Origin: the human T2T-CHM13v2.0 reference genome, Homo sapiens
Length of the DNA stretch: 64,000 nt
Strand: one strand, 5' to 3'
NCBI RefSeq assembly: GCF_009914755.1
Contig: NC_060926.1
The notes beneath the pieces were generated by a model, which worked only from the letters and a program-made list of their open reading frames with translations, searched no databases and was not told where the DNA came from. Shown here piece by piece: positions 49,051 through 64,000 of the stretch (position 1 is the first letter of the stretch; the number at the start of each line of letters is the position of its first letter). A program made the translations under genes and the position numbers.

Positions 49051-49839
49051 TAAAAAAAATTAAATTAAAATTTGAAACCAGGGGACCAAGTTCTGTTGAA
49101 GACCTGGAAATTCCAGTAGGCTGAAGATCAGTGCAACCACCGTGGTCGGCCCTGTTGAGGTGCTGCTGAGCACCCACTCATCTGTGGGTGCTGCGGATTT
49201 ACTACACTCAGATAAAGCCAGTGTTTCTGGAGTTCCTCCAGGGGAAACTGGTAGAGTTCAAAGCCCAGCCAAAGACCCTAAGAAATCATAAAGGGAACAT
49301 ACGCTTTTCTGGCTGTTACTGTTCTCCAGCGCCTTCTTGCCTCTGGATGGAAGGACAGCTCACTGCTTAGTATTTCACAAGCTCTTGCTTCATCCGCCAA
49401 CTCATCCACTGTTGGATGTGTCACCGAAGCCAATCTGTCCTGGATCACAGCGACCCGTTAACCCAACAGTTCACAGCTTTTTGCATGTCCCTATCTGAAC
49501 ATCCAAAGACCCCTAAAAGAATTGTGGACTGGACTGAGTACTCCTTACGTGGACCCTTTTAGGGACCACGAAGCCCCCGTTTCTATTGGGCATCCCAGTT
49601 GGGCTATTCCCTTACCCTTGCTAAAAGAAGGCGAGCTCCTCTTTTCCCTTGATGGTGAGCCAGAGAGCACTCCATCTGATGGGCAGGCCTTAATGAGTCA
49701 GGAAGTCTTTCGGGCAGGTGTGACTTTGCCTGGATGTAGTAATAACCTAACTGATTCCTAGTTAGAAAGGACAGCCTTAGTGACTACTGCTACCCAAGAC
49801 ACAGACCTGTGCTCCTGAGGGCTGCCCTATGGATCAAAG

Positions 49840-50400
<561 letters not shown>

Positions 50401-50419
50401 TTCAGGAGTATGTGGGGTT

Positions 50420-54325
<3,906 letters not shown>

Positions 54326-55339
54326 TTCCAGCTCGAAAAATAATTGTGGGGTGGCGGCAAAAGCTCCTGACTGGCCTTGACTTTAGAGTGAATCAATGAA
54401 TTAATTAAGGGCCTGCCTGTTAGTGAGTCTCCTCTGAAATTTAGCCCAGAAATTTCCTAACTCAGCAAGATGAAGCAGGAGGTAGAAGGAACTAAGGGGG
54501 CAATAAGCAGGAGGAAGGAATGTCCCCATGAGGGTGACATCTTCCCTGAGAGCCCCAGGACGACCAGCAGGAAGCCAGGCGGGGGGCAGGCAGGAGGACT
54601 CCAGAAAGCTCGGCCTGAGGGGAGGCCCGTGGGGGTGGTGGGGAGTGGTGCGGGGAAGGCAGAGGCTGAGCAGCAGGTGAGGTCCCCTGGGTTTTGGGGG
54701 CCAAGCCTGGGGCTCGGGGCGAGCAAGCATGAGTGGAGAAGGGGCTGCTGTGGTTGGGCTGGGGTGGACTCCCCACCTGCGTCGTCCAAACATTAGTGCG
54801 AGTGCACCCACACAAACACATACACAATCACACACAACATGTGAGCAATGGGCAGGACTGGTCCGGCCCCACTCAGTGCTGTCACCATTGGCCCCACAGC
54901 TGCCCACAGCCCTAGAGCTCTGGGCCCAGATTCCTGCCAGCCCCACCTGTCCAGGCCAAGGTAAGATGATGGAGCAAGGGGGTGCCAGGGCAGCAAAGCC
55001 CCCCACGTGCCCCTTTCCCACAGGGCCCAGGCTCCTGGCATCAGGAGGCTGAACCCAGGCCCTGGCCCAGACTGTGTGCTTCCAGCCTCCCCTCCTCTCG
55101 ACACCAGAACACAGCCTGGCCCCAGCTTCTGGGAAATATAGAAAAAAATGGGTGAATGATCCAGTGACAGGGTGTCTTGTTCCACACAAGACACAGTGAG
55201 CAGGGGTTGGGGGAGGGGCTCCTGGCTGCGGGAGGCACACCACACTCACCCAAATGGCATCTGTACTCAATACCGCACCCTTCCCTGGGGGACACCTGGT
55301 CCCAACCTGAGCTGCCTTTCTCAGGACCCCAGCCCCAGC

Positions 55340-55480
55340 CCGGCCCAGCCCAGCCACACCCTGCCACTCCCTTCAGCCAGTGTGGCTTCAGGTCAAGAGG
55401 CTGGGCAGGGTCAAGGTGGCAACGAGGGGAGAAGCCGGGACACAGTTCTCCCTGATTTAAACCCGGGCAGCCTGGAGTGC
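55340..55480 (+). promoter_or_regulatory. ALPP proximal promoter with TATA-like ATTTAAA (55455-55461)
   Basis: ~80 bp upstream of the ATG; AGGTCA/GGGTCA half-sites at ~55390-55413. Confidence 0.7.
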
Positions 55481-55537
55481 AGCTCATACTCCATGCCCAG
55501 AATTCCTGCCTCGCCACTGTCCTGCTGCCCTCCAGAC

Positions 55538-58530
55538 ATGCTGGGGCCCTGCATGCTGCTGCTGCTGCTGCTGCTGGGCCTGAGGCTACAGCTCTCCCTG
55601 GGCATCATCCCAGGTAATGAGGCTCCCCGAGCTGCCCCTACACAACACACACACAGGGCACCCCCCAGCCCAGGCTGACCTGATCTTTGCTCTCCCCCTG
55701 GCCAGTTGAGGAGGAGAACCCGGACTTCTGGAACCGCGAGGCAGCCGAGGCCCTGGGTGCCGCCAAGAAGCTGCAGCCTGCACAGACAGCCGCCAAGAAC
55801 CTCATCATCTTCCTGGGCGATGGTGAGTGAGCCAGGCCTTCCAGCCCTGCAGCCCTCACAGCCCCGGCGCCCGGACCCTCAGTGGTTCCAGGAGAGCCCT
55901 GGGGCCCAAGCCTCACACATTTCTGTTCCTTCAGGGATGGGGGTGTCTACGGTGACAGCTGCCAGGATCCTAAAAGGGCAGAAGAAGGACAAACTGGGGC
56001 CTGAGATACCCCTGGCCATGGACCGCTTCCCATATGTGGCTCTGTCCAAGGTAAGTGCTGGGCTACCTTAGAGTCCTCCAAGCACAGAAGGGGAATCCTG
56101 GCTATGGAGTGTGGTAGGAGGGAGGGACCCTAAACAGCTGGGGCTCCAGTAAGGAGTTAGAGGCAGTTGGAATCCCAGAGGACAGAGATCAGGGTCTGGG
56201 TCTCCGTGTCTGCCCCAGAGAAGAGCTCAGAGTGTCTCTGTCCCCAGACATACAATGTAGACAAACATGTGCCAGACAGTGGAGCCACAGCCACGGCCTA
56301 CCTGTGCGGGGTCAAGGGCAACTTCCAGACCATTGGCTTGAGTGCAGCCGCCCGCTTTAACCAGTGCAACACGACACGCGGCAACGAGGTCATCTCCGTG
56401 ATGAATCGGGCCAAGAAAGCAGGTGAGCTGGGGCCCGCTGCTGGGTCACGGCCAGGTCACAGACGTTGGTCACATATACTGACCTCTGACACCCTTAGGG
56501 AAGTCAGTGGGAGTGGTAACCACCACACGAGTGCAGCACGCCTCGCCAGCCGGCACCTACGCCCACACGGTGAACCGCAACTGGTACTCGGACGCCGACG
56601 TGCCTGCCTCGGCCCGCCAGGAGGGGTGCCAGGACATCGCTACGCAGCTCATCTCCAACATGGACATTGACGTGCGACCCCCAGGCCAAGGGCTGGGGCT
56701 GGGCAGAGAGTAGCAGGGAGGGGGCACTAGCTCAGACCCAGGCAACCAAAAGCCTTATCTGGGCCAGCAGGGTCTGGAGGTGGGGTTGTGGGCGTAGAAG
56801 GTGCAGCCCAGGCTGGGCCATTCCCACAGCCTTGGGGAGGGGAGTCAGGGGCTGTGCATGAGGAGGGGGCACGGGGCCAGCCAGGGCCCCAAATCCACCT
56901 GCCCCATCCTCTGTTCCCAGGTGATCCTAGGTGGAGGCCGAAAGTACATGTTTCCCATGGGAACCCCAGACCCTGAGTACCCAGATGACTACAGCCAAGG
57001 TGGGACCAGGCTGGACGGGAAGAATCTGGTGCAGGAATGGCTGGCGAAGCGCCAGGTGATGGGGGCTGGCGGGTGCAGGGGGCACAGCAGGGGGAGGGCA
57101 GAGGTGTGGGGCTCAGGGCTGTGGGCTGAGGCCTGGCTCTCTCCCTCCCCACAGGGTGCCCGGTATGTGTGGAACCGCACTGAGCTCATGCAGGCTTCCC
57201 TGGACCCGTCTGTGACCCATCTCATGGGTAATGACCCCCTTCCTGCCCTGGCATCCCTCAGATGGCCTCAGATGGCACCTTCTGAGCCTGTGTGCACATC
57301 CGCCAGCACCCGCCCACCCCCAGCCTGCCAGTCACCACAGGACCCCTTGTCCCACAGGTCTCTTTGAGCCTGGAGACATGAAATACGAGATCCACCGAGA
57401 CTCCACACTGGACCCCTCCCTGATGGAGATGACAGAGGCTGCCCTGCGCCTGCTGAGCAGGAACCCCCGCGGCTTCTTCCTCTTCGTGGAGGGTGCGTGG
57501 TGGCCCCTGGGGAGTGGGGGTTGGGGGTTGGAGCAGGGCAGGCTCAGCATCTCCCCCCTCTGGCCTTCCTGCAGGTGGTCGCATCGACCATGGTCATCAT
57601 GAAAGCAGGGCTTACCGGGCACTGACTGAGACGATCATGTTCGACGACGCCATTGAGAGGGCGGGCCAGCTCACCAGCGAGGAGGACACGCTGAGCCTCG
57701 TCACTGCCGACCACTCCCACGTCTTCTCCTTCGGAGGCTACCCCCTGCGAGGGAGCTCCATCTTCGGTAGGCCTGGGGAGAGTGGCAGGTGCTGCTGCAG
57801 CAATTAAGTGGGTGAAATCTGAGCCTCAGTCTCCTCCTCTGTCAAATGGGAGTAATGCTGGCACCAGCCCTGTAGGGTCTCCTGAGGACTAAGCCCCTGA
57901 CCAGGCAAAACGTGGCGGTGCCTAGCACGTGGGAGACACTCCACAGCTGTGTTCAGCTCAACCACAGGGACCCCTCTCTCTGCAGGGCTGGCCCCTGGCA
58001 AGGCCCGGGACAGGAAGGCCTACACGGTCCTCCTATACGGAAACGGTCCAGGCTATGTGCTCAAGGACGGCGCCCGGCCGGATGTTACCGAGAGCGAGAG
58101 CGGTGAGTGCCGCGGGGTGGCCCCCTGAGGGGGACCAGGGTGCCAAGGATGGGGGGCTGGCGGGAAGGGGTCACCTCCTGTCTGCCTGGAACTGAATGAA
58201 CCCTCCTACCGGAACTGAACCCTCCAACCAGGGAGCCCCGAGTATCGGCAGCAGTCAGCAGTGCCCCTGGACGAAGAGACCCACGCAGGCGAGGACGTGG
58301 CGGTGTTCGCGCGCGGCCCGCAGGCGCACCTGGTTCACGGCGTGCAGGAGCAGACCTTCATAGCGCACGTCATGGCCTTCGCCGCCTGCCTGGAGCCCTA
58401 CACCGCCTGCGACCTGGCGCCCCCCGCCGGCACCACCGACGCCGCGCACCCGGGGCGGTCCGTGGTCCCCGCGTTGCTTCCTCTGCTGGCCGGGACCCTG
58501 CTGCTGCTGGAGACGGCCACTGCTCCCTGA
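55538..58530 (+). CDS. ALPP: Placental alkaline phosphatase precursor, 535 aa, 11 coding exons, GPI-anchored
   Basis: Exons 55538-55613, 55706-55822, 55935-56050, 56248-56422, 56499-56671, 56921-57055, 57155-57227, 57358-57492, 57575-57766, 57986-58102, 58232-58530 total 1608 nt, all GT-AG. Signal peptide [13 protein letters not shown], active site VPDSGATAT, Glu429 (VPLDEETH, distinguishing it from ALPG Gly429), hydrophobic GPI signal. Confidence 0.97.
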
Positions 58531-59323
58531 GTGTCCCGTCCCTGGGGCTCCTGCTTCCCCATCCCGGAGTTCTCCTGCTCCCCACCTCCTGTCGTCCTGC
58601 CTGGCCTCCAGCCCGAGTCGTCATCCCCGGAGTCCCTATACAGAGGTCCTGCCATGGAACCTTCCCCTCCCCGTGCGCTCTGGGGACTGAGCCCATGACA
58701 CCAAACCTGCCCCTTGGCTGCTCTCGGACTCCCTACCCCAACCCCAGGGACTGCAGGTTGTGCCCTGTGGCTGCCTGCACCCCAGGAAAGGAGGGGGCTC
58801 AGGCCATCCAGCCACCACCTACAGCCCAGTGGGTACCAGGCAGGCTCCCTTCCTGGGGAAAAGAAGCACCCAGACCCCGCGCCCCGCTGATCTTTGCTTC
58901 AGTCCTTGAATCACCTGTGGGACTTGAGGACTCGGGATCTTCAGGACGCCTGGAGAAGGGTGGTTTCCTGCCACCCTGCTGGCCAAGGAGGCTCCTGGGG
59001 TGGGGATCACCAGGGGGATTTTGACACAGCCTTCGGCTGCCCCCCACTAAGCTAATTCCACACCCCTGTACCCCCCCAGGGGGCCCTCTGCCTCATGGCA
59101 AAGGCTTGCCCCAAATCTCAACTTCTCAGACGTTCCATACCCCCACATGCCAATTTCAGCACCCAACTGAGATCCGAGGAGCTCCTGGGAAGCCCTGGGT
59201 GCAGGACACTGGTCGAGAGCCAAAGGTCCCTCCCCAGACATCTGGACACTGGGCATAGATTTCTCAAGAAGGAAGACTCCCCTGCCTCCCCAGGGCCTCT
59301 GCTCTCCTGGGAGACAAAGCAAT

Positions 59324-59329
59324 AATAAA
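59324..59329 (+). terminator. ALPP poly(A) signal AATAAA (second copy at ~59598 via the Alu TSD)
   Basis: AATAAA in aataataaaaggaagtgtt, repeated at 59595-59613. Confidence 0.7.
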
Positions 59330-59339
59330 AGGAAGTGTT

Positions 59340-59639
<300 letters not shown>

Positions 59640-60133
59640 CTAGGAGGAAAATCATGAGTGCCTGTGGGCACAGTGTCTGGAGGGGTGGATAACGCAGGCC
59701 AGGAGGGGCTGCTGAGGAGCAGATGATTGAGCAGGAGACCTAAACAGAGTGGGGCTTGAGCAAGGCAGAACAGCAGTGCCAAGGCCCTGGGGCAGCGCCA
59801 GCAGGTGCTCTGGGAGGCCAAGGGCTGGATCAGAGGGTGGGTGGGTAGAGGGGTAAATCTGAGGGTCAAGAGGGTGGGTAGTGTTGGGGAGTGTGAAGTC
59901 TGAGTAGAGGGATGTGGTTGGAGGTCTTTAAGGAGTGCTGTGACCCGCCCTGGGTGGAAAATAAGTATTCTGGCTGCTGCCAGAAGAAGGGTCTTGTCTT
60001 TTGGGTGGATGGTGGGGGTGGTAGAGGGTAGCAGGGAGAGGTGAGAACTGGGGAAGGAACTGACTCCAGGTGTTTCTGATCTCCGTCCGAAAGCATTCGG
60101 GAGCACCCATCCCAACACAGCCATGCTTGGTGA

Positions 60134-62403
<2,270 letters not shown>

Positions 62404-62411
62404 CCCAAAGT

Positions 62412-63235
62412 TGATGAGTCGACCTGCTCCACGCGTAATTTCAAGGTGGTCACGTTGGGGTCACCCCTTGCAGCTTGTAGCTGCTGTGAACGCCAGAGAA
62501 TGAAGTACTCAGACAATTCCAGCTGAGTGGGGCAGGCGGCAACTCCTCTGAGAGAGTGCCGCCCCAAAATCCATCCGCCAAGTATTTATTAGAAGGCTTG
62601 TTAAACCACAAACATCCACCAGATGGGTTTTTGCCGTGGGGTCATGAGGCACATACGGCCTTGTAAAAGCACTCAGACCACATTCCTAGGAGGCTGTTTT
62701 CAGCGCTCCTTATCACACATTCCACTCCTTGTCCTGTTTTCAGTGTCAAGGAGTTACATTCTCACGCACAAACAACGTACACACAGTGCCTCAGTATTTT
62801 TCCATGCCTCGAGCTCAAATGCCTTGTACATAAGTTTGAATATATCGTCGTGCACCCCCCACATCTCCCCCTTCTTTAATTCTTAGAGCTTGCTGGTTAT
62901 CCAACGCAAAATAAGCTTCTATCCTTCTTCCCTGGTCATAGATGCTTCGGGTGGCAGCACAGAGCCATTTACAGAAGCCTAGCAATCAGATACAAAAAAG
63001 AATATAGCGGCCATCACCCTAGCAATCAGATACAAAAAAGAATATAGCGGCCATCACCCAAATGCGTATGTTTAACCCAGACAACCAAGTATTCGGGTTC
63101 AGTCATTGAAAGCCTTCTTGTAATTGCTGAACGGTATTTGTTTGTAATTGCTGCGAGACCATTCTTCAAGTTGTTTCTTCAACTAGACCTCAAATGCTTT
63201 GTACATAAGCTTGAATATATTGCCGCGCACCCCAC
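62412..63235 (-). mobile_element. HERV-K(HML-6)/LTR3-like proviral remnant
   Basis: On the - strand: ~52 bp of 5' LTR start (63235-63184), an internal piece, a polypurine tract (aagggggaga), then a full LTR TGTGGGGGGTGCAC...CA (62863-62412). Family named from a recalled consensus. Confidence 0.7.
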
Positions 63236-63473
63236 CCGCTCCCCACTGCCTGCCAGAGGGCTGGGAAATGGCTGCACCGCTGAACACCGCAGTTACCCCG
63301 GGGAAATTACTTATGACCTCCTCCCGCGCGCTGCCACTGTGCGCTCCCTCCCCTCCCCTGCTTTCCCTTCCTCTCCTCTCGCGCACCCTCCTCCCGCCCT
63401 CAGGGACCCCTGGGCAAGGCCACTGCGCCCCGGGTCTACGGCAGCTGGCGGGGCGCTCAACGCGCGCACTCAC

Positions 63474-64000
<527 letters not shown>

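Noticed and set aside
55538-58530. Alternative call as ALPG (ALPPL2) or ALPI
   Set aside because: The MLGPCM signal peptide, Glu429 and 535-aa length match ALPP

Overview
Human genomic DNA from the 2q37.1 alkaline-phosphatase cluster. It contains the last seven coding exons (15-21) and 3' UTR of DIS3L2 (+), an NRBF2 processed pseudogene, and a complete 11-exon ALPP gene (+, 535 aa, Pro209 allele). It also has two minus-strand ECEL1 pseudogene fragments, a full-length but inactivated L1PA2/3, and many Alu and LTR/ERV remnants. The window reads as two tandem copies of a [DIS3L2 3' end]-[ALP]-[inverted ECEL1] unit. In unit 1 the ALP gene is deleted from its TATA box onward, leaving an orphan promoter fused to an ECEL1 exon. 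In unit 2 the DIS3L2 copy lacks exons 15-20 but keeps intronic blocks whose identity alternates between ~80% and ~98%, suggesting gene conversion. The most novel hypothesis: the L1 antisense ORF0 can splice in frame into ECEL1P3 exon 2, replacing its lost ATG and predicting a 223-aa chimeric membrane protein. Gene, pseudogene and repeat-family names come from recalled sequences, not database searches; percent identities are hand estimates.
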